DNA of 64,000 nucleotides from an uncultured Nitrososphaerales archaeon (GTDB lineage Archaea > Thermoproteota > Nitrososphaeria > Conexivisphaerales > DTJL01), in assembly GCA_964475215.1 (NCBI GenBank), contig CAYYVT010000106.1, positions 1,078-65,077 of the forward strand. Direction: 5' to 3'. A program made the translations under genes and the position numbers. Positions 38,628-46,726 of this stretch are shown here, one piece after another (position 1 is the first letter of the stretch; every line of letters starts with the position of its first letter). Below the pieces are notes generated by a model that saw only the letters and a program-made list of their open reading frames with translations, had not been told where the DNA came from and did no database searches.

Positions 38628-39074
38628 TTGCCTCTGGCGAAGGGGGACAAAGCACCCAAGGTCACGGTGAAAGGGGAGCTCTCTGATGTAACCCTTCCGT
38701 TCCCTGAAGAGGCCACCGTCCTCTTCTTTTATCCTACCAACTAGGGCTCGACCTGTGTAACAGAAGTGGTGGACTTCGACATTCGACTGGACGACTTCCG
38801 CTCCTGTGGGATCAGAATCGCGGGGGTGACCACCGAACCGCTCACCGAGGTGGCATCCCTGAAAGGAGCGAAGCATCTTGCGCTGACCCTTTGCAGCGAC
38901 CCCCTTGGGATCGCCAGCGGCCTCTACGGCGTCAGGAACGCCTACGGGTTCGCAGACAGGTACACGTTCCTCATTTCAAAGGAGGGGGAGGTGCTTCAGG
39001 TCTGGGACGACTACAGCACGGCCGGACATGCGGGAGAAGTGCTGGGGCAATGCCGTCGAACATTTCATAGATGA
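38628..39074 (+). pseudogene. bcp: Bcp-type peroxiredoxin interrupted by a single in-frame TAG (38742-38744)
   Basis: The reading frame ...LPLAKGDKAPKVTVKGELSDVTLPFPEEATVLFFYPTN-TAG-GSTCVTEVVDFDIRLDDFRSCGIRIAGVT...DRYTFLISKEGEVLQVW is colinear with the Bcp family (G..AP.F.....G..V.L......VL.FYP...T..CT.E...F......F...G..V.GVS...R.TF.I...G.I). The stop sits inside the active-site loop just before the peroxidatic Cys. The likely start is TTG 38628. Confidence 0.65.
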
Positions 39075-39132
39075 ATTCGGCTCGAGCGCTTCCCTTTATA
39101 GTAAGGCTTGCCGAGCAGTTTCGGACGATTCC

Positions 39133-39540
39133 TTGAAGATCTACCTTGCGGTTCCTCTGTCTTACAACAGAGACCAGCTACTAGCGGCCGCCCTGGCGGA
39201 GTCCTTCGAGAAGCTCGGCCATCAAATAACTTCAAAATGGGTCCTCGACAAAGACCCCAGCTGGGGGCTCACCTACCTGCAGATTGCCCAGCGAGATTTC
39301 CGGGCTCTAGATGAATCCGAAGCATTGGTAGCGGAAATATCGGCTCCGAGCCATGGCGTTGGCATGGAGATTCAGTTCGCAATCGATAAGGGCAAGGCAG
39401 TCATCTGCCTTAGGCGTCCCGATGCCAAGGTGTCCGGGCTCATAGCTGGAACTCCCTCGATTTCAGTCATAACATACCTCGACAGAGAGGATGCCGTTCG
39501 CAGAGTGGATGCCCTCCTCTCCAAAACCAAACCAAAATGA
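39133..39540 (+). CDS. Nucleoside 2-deoxyribosyltransferase-like protein
   Basis: KIYLAVPLS...DFRALDESEALVAEIS.PSHGVGMEIQFAIDKGKAVICL resembles the NDT/DUF4406 Rossmann-like family. The start is uncertain (TTG 39133 chosen, and the track ORF begins at 38905 inside bcp). Confidence 0.45.
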   Translation: MKIYLAVPLSYNRDQLLAAALAESFEKLGHQITSKWVLDKDPSWGLTYLQIAQRDFRALDESEALVAEISAPSHGVGMEIQFAIDKGKAVICLRRPDAKVSGLIAGTPSISVITYLDREDAVRRVDALLSKTKPK

Positions 39541-39557
39541 CTCTGACGTCCTCGAGA

Positions 39558-40148
39558 CTATGGAGAGTAAGAGGAGTCGGGGAGGACCACGAGATAACCA
39601 TACATGTAGGGATGGTAGACGCAGACGAACTCGTAAACGCCAGGCGTGGTTGCGACGAAGCTTCCCGTTCCCATCAAAGAGCCGGCGGTTCCCGTCACGT
39701 TGACGCCTGCAGAGTTGCCGGTCGGAGGCGTGGTGAACGTCAGACCGTTCAGCGTGTTGGTCAATCCCGGAGCGGTCAAGTTGATTTGGAAGTTGTAAGG
39801 CCCGGTGATGAGGGTGAAGGTGTGGCCGTCGCCGGTGTCGTTGCTCACGAAGGTGAGGTCGATGGTATCTCCTTGGTTCACTACGATCAGGTTGGGCGTG
39901 AAGATATCGAGGCCCGAAGGGTTCAGGCCCCATTCGATCAGGATGTTTCTAGTCGTAGGCGTCTCGTTTACCGCGGTGCTTGAGGATATCTCGGTCTGGA
40001 GGTTGGACAGCGTCTGAGCTATGTTCGGCGGGACCGCATTGACGTTCATTGTGGCTACCTCGGTGTAAACCGCGATGGCGAAGATGAAAGCCGCGAGAGA
40101 AATGCCGATCGCTATCCAAACGCCTATCGGCGTCGTCTGGCCCGACAT
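39558..40148 (-). CDS. Membrane-anchored type-1 (blue) copper protein, cupredoxin fold
   Basis: 196 aa. It has an N-terminal TM anchor and a Thr/Ser/Asn-rich linker. The Cu ligands are H in GDGHTF and C-x2-H-x2-M in FVCVYHPYMYG (an amicyanin-like short loop). Confidence 0.75.
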   Translation of the reverse strand: MSGQTTPIGVWIAIGISLAAFIFAIAVYTEVATMNVNAVPPNIAQTLSNLQTEISSSTAVNETPTTRNILIEWGLNPSGLDIFTPNLIVVNQGDTIDLTFVSNDTGDGHTFTLITGPYNFQINLTAPGLTNTLNGLTFTTPPTGNSAGVNVTGTAGSLMGTGSFVATTPGVYEFVCVYHPYMYGYLVVLPDSSYSP

Positions 40149-40256
40149 AGATGATTCTATGCCTGATGTTCTGAAAACTGTTTAAAAGAATTACGAAGGA
40201 AACACGAAGACATTCATTATTTAACGGAAATTGGGCAACGCATTTATCCGCCATGA

Positions 40257-40847
40257 ATGGTGCGGTCCCTTGGCAGGCAGGCTAGTGTATTGTACTCGTT
40301 GGCATTCACTTTAGCCGGCGACGTGGGGTTCGGCGTCGGCTTCTTGGGTGCCCTTCTTCTGGTGCTTGTTGCGATTGCCATGTTCTTTCTTGCCTGGGCC
40401 ATTTACACAACGCGTCATCCGAGGAATCCGGAGAAGGCTCCCGGATGGTACTACAGGAAGGGTGTTTATGTCATGGCCATCGCCGCAGTCTTCCTCGCCC
40501 TCTCGGCCTTCACATACCCCTTCATTCCCGTCGTTTCGTTCTCCAAGCTTCAGCCCACCCAGTTCGTCTCCGTCCAGGCCCAGCAGTTCAGCTGGACCTT
40601 CAACACCACCAAGATAATCGCCGGCCAGCCGGTCGAATTCATAGTCACCTCTAAGGACGTAACACATGGGTTCGGCGTGTACGATTCAAAAGGTACGCTC
40701 CTTCTCCAAGAGCAGGTCATGCCCGGGTTCGACAACGATTTCGTATATACGTTCACTACGCCTGGCGTTTACACTGTCAGGTGTCTGGAGTACTGTGGCT
40801 TCGGCCATCCCTATATGGTAACTTCGTTTGCAGTGGTGACAGGCTAA
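40257..40847 (+). CDS. coxB: Heme-copper oxidase subunit II (CuA)
   Basis: 196 aa. It has two N-terminal TM helices, a cupredoxin domain with H in VTHGF, and the CuA motif CLEYCGFGHPYM (CxExCxxxHxxM). Confidence 0.85.
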   Translation: MVRSLGRQASVLYSLAFTLAGDVGFGVGFLGALLLVLVAIAMFFLAWAIYTTRHPRNPEKAPGWYYRKGVYVMAIAAVFLALSAFTYPFIPVVSFSKLQPTQFVSVQAQQFSWTFNTTKIIAGQPVEFIVTSKDVTHGFGVYDSKGTLLLQEQVMPGFDNDFVYTFTTPGVYTVRCLEYCGFGHPYMVTSFAVVTG

Positions 40848-42419
40848 TTGGGCCAAGAGGTGGCCAGTGTTGAAAGCACATGGGAGGTCCCTTCCAACAT
40901 CCGTCGCCTTTCCTTTGCCCTGATAGCAATCTCCTTCGTGAACTTCATCATAGCCGGCGCTTTCGCCCTCTTTATGAGGACGGATCAGGCCGGCGTGTCG
41001 GTGACTTCCGCCCAGACGTTCTACCAGCTGCTCACCGCCCACGGGCTGGGGATGTTCGTCGGTTGGCAGTTCCCGTTCTCGTTCGGGCTGACCTTCTTTC
41101 TGCTGGCCTATTTTCTGAAGCGACCCCTGTATAGCTACAGGCTCGCCCTATTCGCCTCCGTCTTCACCTTGGTCAGCTTTTACCTGATGCTGGTGAGCAT
41201 AGGGATGGGGTTCGCCGCGGGCTGGTACTACCTTTTCCCACTGCCCTTCTATTCGGCTGGCGCCTGGACCGCCGCCTCCGCCGCGCTGTTCCTGCTCACC
41301 GCTTTGGGCGAGGAGGCTGGCTTCGTAATCTTTGCCTACGTGGCCCTGCGGACCGTCTACTCTACGAAGATACAGGGCTTCGGACAGTCGAAGTACTACT
41401 CTCAGTCCAGCTTTTACCGTTTCATCCAGAGCATCGGCCTTGACGCCTACATGCCGACCTCCACATGGAACAGGCTGGATCCGTTCCCCCTCCCGGTGAT
41501 AGGCGTCGTAGTAGCGATCCTGGTCCTGCTCTTCTCGACGCCTTCCGTCATGCTTGAGCAGATCCTCGGGCTTCTCCAGATCGCCGCTCCGCCCTTCGAC
41601 CTCAACGCCCTGTTGGCCAAGAACCTCTTCTGGCTCTATGGCCACCCCATCGTGTACTTCGCCTTCTTCATCATCATAGGTCTCTACTATTTCCTGATGT
41701 CGACCTTCGCGAATCGGCGTTTACCGAGCGAGCGGTGGGCCCGGGTCCCTTGGCCACTGCTCCTCGTCTCTGGGGTGGGGGTCTATAGCCACCATCTATT
41801 CATGGACGTAAACCAGCCCGTGTGGATAAACGTCTTCTCCCAGTCCATGAGCTACGTGATCGGGTTCGCGTCGGGGATCACCGTCTTCACACTCCTAGCC
41901 GTAATGTGGAGGAGCAGGTTCAAGTGGAGCACCGCCTCCATGTTCATAGTGGCCAGCATCGCTGGCTGGATAATCGGCGGATTCATCGGCGAAGAGGCCG
42001 GCACCATCGCCTTTGACGTTTACGCTCACAACACCTACATAATAGTGGCCCACTTCCACTTCAACGCGCTGGCCGGCGTCATGATGGCCAGCTTCGGGAC
42101 CCTATACTTCCTCCTCCCTGAGCTCATCCACCGCGACTTCCCCAGCGTGGTGCTCGGCCGGATTCACTTCTGGACCTCTCTGATTGGGGCCTTTGGCATG
42201 TCCGGCTGCTTCCTAGCCCTCGGACTGTTGGGGGCGCCGAGGAGGGAGTACAACGTCGTGCTGAGCTCCCTTGGCTTCACGACGACGTACGCGATCTGGC
42301 TCGATCTCGCGCTCGTCTTCGCCCTGATCCTGGGGCTCGGCCAGGTCCCATTCCTTTATAACCTCTACAGGGCCCTTAGGCCGGCCAAGGCTAGGACCGA
42401 GGTGGTAGTGTCTCCTTGA
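40848..42419 (+). CDS. coxA: Heme-copper oxidase subunit I
   Basis: 523 aa, about 12-13 TM helices. WLYGHPIVYF, VYSHHLF and AHFHF supply the heme and CuB histidines. GHPIVYF resembles B-family (ba3-like) enzymes. It has a TTG start adjacent to the coxB stop. Confidence 0.88.
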   Translation: MGQEVASVESTWEVPSNIRRLSFALIAISFVNFIIAGAFALFMRTDQAGVSVTSAQTFYQLLTAHGLGMFVGWQFPFSFGLTFFLLAYFLKRPLYSYRLALFASVFTLVSFYLMLVSIGMGFAAGWYYLFPLPFYSAGAWTAASAALFLLTALGEEAGFVIFAYVALRTVYSTKIQGFGQSKYYSQSSFYRFIQSIGLDAYMPTSTWNRLDPFPLPVIGVVVAILVLLFSTPSVMLEQILGLLQIAAPPFDLNALLAKNLFWLYGHPIVYFAFFIIIGLYYFLMSTFANRRLPSERWARVPWPLLLVSGVGVYSHHLFMDVNQPVWINVFSQSMSYVIGFASGITVFTLLAVMWRSRFKWSTASMFIVASIAGWIIGGFIGEEAGTIAFDVYAHNTYIIVAHFHFNALAGVMMASFGTLYFLLPELIHRDFPSVVLGRIHFWTSLIGAFGMSGCFLALGLLGAPRREYNVVLSSLGFTTTYAIWLDLALVFALILGLGQVPFLYNLYRALRPAKARTEVVVSP

Positions 42420-42829
42420 AGATGAACTACACCCTCGCTGGGACGGCGATCATCATACTCCTTGCTGCAGCTGTGGGCGGGGGGCTCGACTATCTGGGCT
42501 CGTCGGGCCTCTATCATTCGAGCAGCATACCGACGGTGCCGTCCACCGAGGCACTGGTGGTGATGGTCAGCGGCGCCTACTACAACGAGTCGCTCGGGTT
42601 CTCCCCGTTGAATGTGACAGTCATGCTCGGCGTGAACAGCACCGTGGTCTTCTTCAACAATGACGCGGCGGTGCATACGGCCACGGCGAATGACGGCTCT
42701 TGGAACACGGGCGACGTGCTCCCCGGCCAAGCCGCCATGATCAAATTCAACACCACGGGAACCTTCGCATATCACTGCACTTACCACCCATACATGGTAG
42801 GAACCATCACCGTGGTGGCGAGCTCATGA
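42416..42829 (+). CDS. Type-1 copper cupredoxin (plastocyanin/amicyanin-like), N-terminal TM/signal anchor
   Basis: 137 aa. The ligands are H in AAVHTA and C-x2-H-x2-M in YHCTYHPYMVG. It overlaps the coxA stop by 4 nt and the ctaB start (ATGA). Confidence 0.75.
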   Translation: MKMNYTLAGTAIIILLAAAVGGGLDYLGSSGLYHSSSIPTVPSTEALVVMVSGAYYNESLGFSPLNVTVMLGVNSTVVFFNNDAAVHTATANDGSWNTGDVLPGQAAMIKFNTTGTFAYHCTYHPYMVGTITVVASS

Positions 42830-43740
42830 TCGAGCAGCCCGTGGAGGCGGTGAGCCCGCGCGGAGTAACAAGGCTGAGGGCATTCCTTTCCCTCTTCAAG
42901 CTTCGTATCTTCTCACTCCTCTGGGCCGAGTCTGTGGTGGGCCTACTCCTCGCTTCGGGCATTTCGCCGAGCGCCTACGGAATCTTGGTCCTGACATGCG
43001 CAGGCTTCCTAGCGACCGCCGGCTCGGGCGCGTTGAACAACTACTTTGACAGGGACATCGATGCGAAGATGAAGCGCACGAGCACCCGTCCCATCCCCAC
43101 CAAAATGGTTAGGCCCCAGGAAGCCCTCTACCTAGGCATCGTGATGGGCGTACTAGGCGTGGGCCTTGCGTTCTTCGGCTTGTCGCCTGCAAGCGGCGCC
43201 ATGGTGGCTTCCGGCTTCCTGACGTATGCGATCGTATACACCTACCTGCTCAAGCGGACTACGTCCTGGAACATAGTCATTGGGGGCGCAGCCGGAAGCT
43301 TCGCTTTCCTCGCGGGATGGACCGCGTCCTCTCCCATCACCCTCGAAGCTTTCGTAATCTCCCTCGTGATATTCCTCTGGACGCCGAGCCACTTCTGGGC
43401 TCTGGCCATCAGGGCTGTCCGCCAGTACGAAGCTGCCGGCATCCCCATGCTGCCCGTGGTCGCCGGAGTGAAGGCTACGGCGCAGGCCATTATGGCGAAC
43501 AGCATAGCCCTCGTCGCCTCATCGCTCCTGCTCTTCTCCCTGGGCTTCTTCGGTTACCTGTACCTAGGAGTGGCGCTGGTCTTGGGTGCCCTTCTCCTCT
43601 TCTCCGATTTCCTACTGGTCAAGTCGACCTCAGCCGCTGTGGCGTGGAGGGCCTACAAGTTCACTGCTCCGTATCTTCTTCTCCTTTCCCTTTCCATGGT
43701 GGCCGACAAAGCCGCGGCGCACTTGGCCAGTTTTCTGTAG
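42826..43740 (+). CDS. ctaB: Protoheme IX farnesyltransferase (heme O synthase)
   Basis: MIEQPVEAVSP... at ATG 42826. UbiA-family motifs are NNYFDRDIDAKMKRT and a second Asp-rich region, with about 9 TM helices. Confidence 0.88.
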   Translation: MIEQPVEAVSPRGVTRLRAFLSLFKLRIFSLLWAESVVGLLLASGISPSAYGILVLTCAGFLATAGSGALNNYFDRDIDAKMKRTSTRPIPTKMVRPQEALYLGIVMGVLGVGLAFFGLSPASGAMVASGFLTYAIVYTYLLKRTTSWNIVIGGAAGSFAFLAGWTASSPITLEAFVISLVIFLWTPSHFWALAIRAVRQYEAAGIPMLPVVAGVKATAQAIMANSIALVASSLLLFSLGFFGYLYLGVALVLGALLLFSDFLLVKSTSAAVAWRAYKFTAPYLLLLSLSMVADKAAAHLASFL

Positions 43741-43772
43741 CCTTTTCACTCTATCCGTGCTGGCGAACGATG

Positions 43773-43947
43773 TGGTCCCGCGGGCAGGATTTGAGCCTGC
43801 GACACTCCGGTTTCTGTGTATGCCTGGCAGGCTGGACGGGTCAGCCAGAGCCAACCACTACAGCATCTCCCACGGACGGTGGGAACCGCCCATGTCGGAA
43901 GCTCTACCAGGCTGAGCCTGCGGGAACTTCGAAGTTCTTACCGCGGG
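43773..43947 (-). tRNA. tRNA-Tyr (anticodon GUA) with three introns (43918-43938, 43865-43895, 43812-43857); CCA encoded
   Basis: The exons join to CCCGCGG-TA-GCTCAGCCTGGTAGAGC-T-TCCGG-CTGTAGA-CCGGA-GTGTC-GCAGG-CTCAAAT-CCTGC-CCGCGGG-A-CCA (77 nt). This is very close to the M. jannaschii tRNA-Tyr architecture, with a C1-G72 pair and A73. Each intron is bracketed by a 4-bp helix flanked by two 3-nt bulges; see findings. Confidence 0.8.
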
Positions 43948-43990
43948 ACGCGGGACCGGATTGAGGCTTCACATGCTCCGGATAAAAAGG

Positions 43991-44536
43991 TTACCGAGAC
44001 GACTTGGCGGCATTCGCCTTTCGCACGATTCGTCCGCGGGCCTTAGGTTTCGGCCGCAGGGACAACTCCAGTACGCCGTTGTTGAAGGTCTTCCTGAGGA
44101 GCTTTGCCTCCACGGGGATGTCCAAGGGGACGACGGTGGCGTAGCGCCGTTCCCCATCCGAGGCGCCAATCTGGACGCTCCTCTGGCGTACTACAATCGA
44201 AATCTTATCCTCCTCGACGCCAGGCATGTCCACGACCACCCTTACCTCGTTGTGCTTCCGATCGTATACAGTATCGACCAGAGGCTCTCGGACCTCTGAC
44301 CTAGAAATCGACTGGCCTGAAGGCTTGATGTTCCCGAACTCCCTGATGACGGGCTTGCCCTCTGGTCCCTGCGTAATCGAGAAACCATAGAAGAACGAGC
44401 CCTCGAACTCTTCGTCCGACGGGAGATTCTCTAACGACTTCAGGGTCTTCTCGAACATCTCGAGTATGTCCTCGGGCTCCTTGTCGAGATCGTCGAAGAG
44501 TTTCCGAAAGTCCTTGCTATTCCACCATGGTTCCAC
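43991..44536 (-). CDS. Hsp20/alpha-crystallin small heat-shock protein
   Basis: The alpha-crystallin domain is VDTVYDRKHNEVRVVVDMPGVEEDKISIVV...LRKTFNNGVLELSL. The start is uncertain (GTG 44536 gives MEPWWNSKDFRKLFDDL...), and the track ORF extends into the JAB gene. Confidence 0.8.
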   Translation of the reverse strand: MEPWWNSKDFRKLFDDLDKEPEDILEMFEKTLKSLENLPSDEEFEGSFFYGFSITQGPEGKPVIREFGNIKPSGQSISRSEVREPLVDTVYDRKHNEVRVVVDMPGVEEDKISIVVRQRSVQIGASDGERRYATVVPLDIPVEAKLLRKTFNNGVLELSLRPKPKARGRIVRKANAAKSSR

Positions 44537-44586
44537 CTCTATTTCACTCCCGGCAGGGAGCCCGTGGCTGAGGGATAAAAGCTTGG

Positions 44587-45012
44587 CTATGCGACGGTGA
44601 TTCTGACGCTGGACGGTCTTCCTCGATCCAGCCTGTAGGCGGCGAACCGCCAATCGAGGTTCGAGACGATCAGCCAGACCGGCGCACTCCACTTCATGAA
44701 ACCCAGGTCGGTCTTGGAGGGAGCGGCGGGGGCGGGATGGGAATGATACACCCCCACTATCTCCATGCCCACTTCATCAGCGTGGCGGTACCCCTTTAGG
44801 AGCTCCTGTGGCGCTATCGTGAATGACGTGGGGGATCTGTCTACGTTGTCAGTCGGAATTATATGGTCGCAGACGCAGGCCCCGTTTCGCCTTCTCCCCA
44901 CCATGAGCCCGCAGGACTCCAAGGGGTGGCTCTCTCTCGCCTGCCGCAGGATGGAATCTATGTCATCCTTCCTCAGGCGGAGCTCATGGACGGGCTTTGG
45001 CAACTTCATCAT
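44587..45012 (-). CDS. JAB/MPN (JAMM) metalloprotease domain protein
   Basis: 141 aa. ESCGLMVG supplies the Glu, and the JAMM motif HSHPAPAAPSKTD fits HxHx7Sx2D. Confidence 0.85.
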   Translation of the reverse strand: MMKLPKPVHELRLRKDDIDSILRQARESHPLESCGLMVGRRRNGACVCDHIIPTDNVDRSPTSFTIAPQELLKGYRHADEVGMEIVGVYHSHPAPAAPSKTDLGFMKWSAPVWLIVSNLDWRFAAYRLDRGRPSSVRITVA

Positions 45013-45028
45013 TACGCATTGGAAAGCG

Positions 45029-45070
45029 TTTTTATATGGTAATCGGCAAAGGCTATCCGCTATAAAGCGG
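45029..45070. promoter_or_regulatory. Divergent TATA boxes between the JAB gene and the L13e gene
   Basis: tttttatatgg (45029-45039) lies about 20-27 nt upstream of the minus-strand ATG 45012. ccgctataaagcgg (45057-45070, an inverted repeat around TATAAA) lies about 25 nt upstream of the 45091 start. Confidence 0.4.
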
Positions 45071-45090
45071 CCAAGCGTGGTCGAGTTTCG

Positions 45091-45807
45091 TTGAGTGAAG
45101 AAAAACCCGCAAGAAAGGCGCCTTCTAGGAAGAAGGCGGAGAAGCCCGCAAAGTCAGTGAAGAAGGTCCCCGCAAAGAGGCCTACGAAGCCGAAGAAGGA
45201 AGTCAGGCCGAAGGCCGTCCCCAAGAAGGAAATCAAGCCGAAGGAGGTCAAGGTCAAGAAGGCCGCCAAGGTCGCCAAGGAGCCTGCTCCGAAGGCTCGA
45301 AAGGCTAGAGCCAAGGCCAAGAAGGAGATCCCGAAGCCAAAGGAGGAGCTCCCCGCCCCCGTAGCAGTCAAGCCTATTGAAGCGCCCAAGCCAGCTCCAA
45401 CGCCGAAGGTCCAGCGCAAGGTGGCAGGGACGCGCGCTCAGAAGACTGCAGCGATCGCAGTGACCGAGGCGCCACAAGCCAAGCCCAAGCCGGAGGCCGT
45501 GGCCGTAATCAAGCCTGTCCCCAAGCCTGCGCCGAAGGTCAAGAAGGTGGCTCCCCCCAAGCCTGTCAAGCCAGCCAAGCCGAAGCCCGTCGTAGTCAAG
45601 AGCCAGGCGACTCCGACCGTGATGGTCGCCTATCGAGGAGACGTAAAGGAGAGGGAGGCCAAAGGTTTCTCAATTGCAGAGCTGCTGGCTGCGGGCGTCA
45701 CCCAGATTCAGGCCCTCCGGTCCGGGCTACGGATTGACAGTCGGCGAAGATCTTCGCACGAAAGCAATGTGAAACTGCTCCAATCCATCAAGCCGAAGGC
45801 CGCCTAG
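45091..45807 (+). CDS. Ribosomal protein L13e-like C-terminal domain with a ~170-aa Lys/Pro/Ala-rich N-terminal extension
   Basis: The C-terminus ...REAKGFSIAELLAAGVTQIQALRSGLRIDSRRRSSHESNVKLLQSI matches the L13e core (GRGFSL.ELKAAGI...A...GI.VD.RRR..S.E.N...L). The N-terminal two-thirds are KPxxK/AKPK-type low complexity. It has a TTG start. Confidence 0.6.
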   Translation: MSEEKPARKAPSRKKAEKPAKSVKKVPAKRPTKPKKEVRPKAVPKKEIKPKEVKVKKAAKVAKEPAPKARKARAKAKKEIPKPKEELPAPVAVKPIEAPKPAPTPKVQRKVAGTRAQKTAAIAVTEAPQAKPKPEAVAVIKPVPKPAPKVKKVAPPKPVKPAKPKPVVVKSQATPTVMVAYRGDVKEREAKGFSIAELLAAGVTQIQALRSGLRIDSRRRSSHESNVKLLQSIKPKAA

Positions 45808-46699
45808 GCGTGGCAGTCCTCATGTGTAGGAACAGGCATTCCTGCACCCGGCCCCCAGCTTCGCCGAAGTAAGACCTCAGATTTCTAGAGACGGCTGCGT
45901 ATTCCTTGTACGTGAGCGACCCCCCTCCCTTGCCGAGCTTCGCTGCGATTGGCTGAGGGAGAAGCCAACTGTAATGTCGAGCCAGACCTCTCATGATCCA
46001 CCTGTCCATGGGGAAGGCCTCGGGTTTGTCCAACGAAAAGAGCAGGGCGCAATCGGCGACCTTCGGTCCGACTCCTTGGATGTGCCCTTCCTTTGAAGTC
46101 ACCAGCGATCCCCAAGCCTCTTCGTATCTCGAGCGCCTTAACTTCTCGAAATCCATGGCGCCGGTGTTTACTCGGTTTGCAGCGCCCTTCAGGTAGTCCC
46201 ACCTCCTGCCGAGATATCCCTCCAAGGGGCGCTCCATGCCAGCGAATTCCTGGGGGCTTGGAAAGGATTTCACTTGATGGCCCTCCACCCGAAGCTCCTC
46301 GCCATGGAATGCGATCCTTTCCATGATCTTGTCGATGGCCCTGATGCTCAGGCTCGCCGAGACCATGTACGAGACGAGACAAATCCAAGGATCCTGTCGC
46401 AGGACCCTGAGTCCTCTGTAATCTCTGAGGAGTGATATTGAGAAGTCGTCTAGATGCCTCATTTGGGAGATTTCACCTTGGGGGACGTCCAAGCCCAGGA
46501 AAGCCCGCAGCCTCGGTTCCTCTAGGCCGCCATCAGACTTGATCAGCAGGGAGCCGCCGTCAACCTTGAGCAGTGTCGCATGATTCTCCACTTGTCCAAG
46601 CCACCAACCGTCTACCTTCCGCCACTGAAAGATCTGGCCGCAGCCGAAAGTGTAGTCCAGGTTCAGGGGCTCGCCGTTAAGATTGATTCGATGAAGCAA
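45788..46699 (-). CDS. HhH-GPD superfamily DNA glycosylase (8-oxoguanine glycosylase/AlkA-like)
   Basis: 303 aa. The N-terminal OGG-like domain is LDYTFGCGQIFQWRK, and the HhH-GPD motif is IQGVGPKVADCALLFSLDKPEAFPMDRW. Confidence 0.7.
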   Translation of the reverse strand: MLHRINLNGEPLNLDYTFGCGQIFQWRKVDGWWLGQVENHATLLKVDGGSLLIKSDGGLEEPRLRAFLGLDVPQGEISQMRHLDDFSISLLRDYRGLRVLRQDPWICLVSYMVSASLSIRAIDKIMERIAFHGEELRVEGHQVKSFPSPQEFAGMERPLEGYLGRRWDYLKGAANRVNTGAMDFEKLRRSRYEEAWGSLVTSKEGHIQGVGPKVADCALLFSLDKPEAFPMDRWIMRGLARHYSWLLPQPIAAKLGKGGGSLTYKEYAAVSRNLRSYFGEAGGRVQECLFLHMRTATPRRPSA

Positions 46700-46726
46700 C
46701 CGTTACACCGGCGGCGCCATGTTCAT

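Noticed and set aside
38742-38744. The in-frame TAG in bcp as a pyrrolysine or genome-wide recoded codon.
   Set aside because: TAG is used as an ordinary stop by several neighbouring genes (for example 2581-2583, 2791-2793 and the thiolase at 24388-24390). No pyl genes are visible. A pseudogene, an assembly error or local read-through is more likely.
43911-43947. Near-duplicate acceptor-like strings (TCCCGCGG and TCCCGCAGG on the tRNA strand) that might be att-site duplications from an element integrated at a tRNA.
   Set aside because: The duplication is explained by the BHB of intron 1, where exon GCGG pairs with intron CCGC. There is no integrase or foreign-looking gene block next to it.
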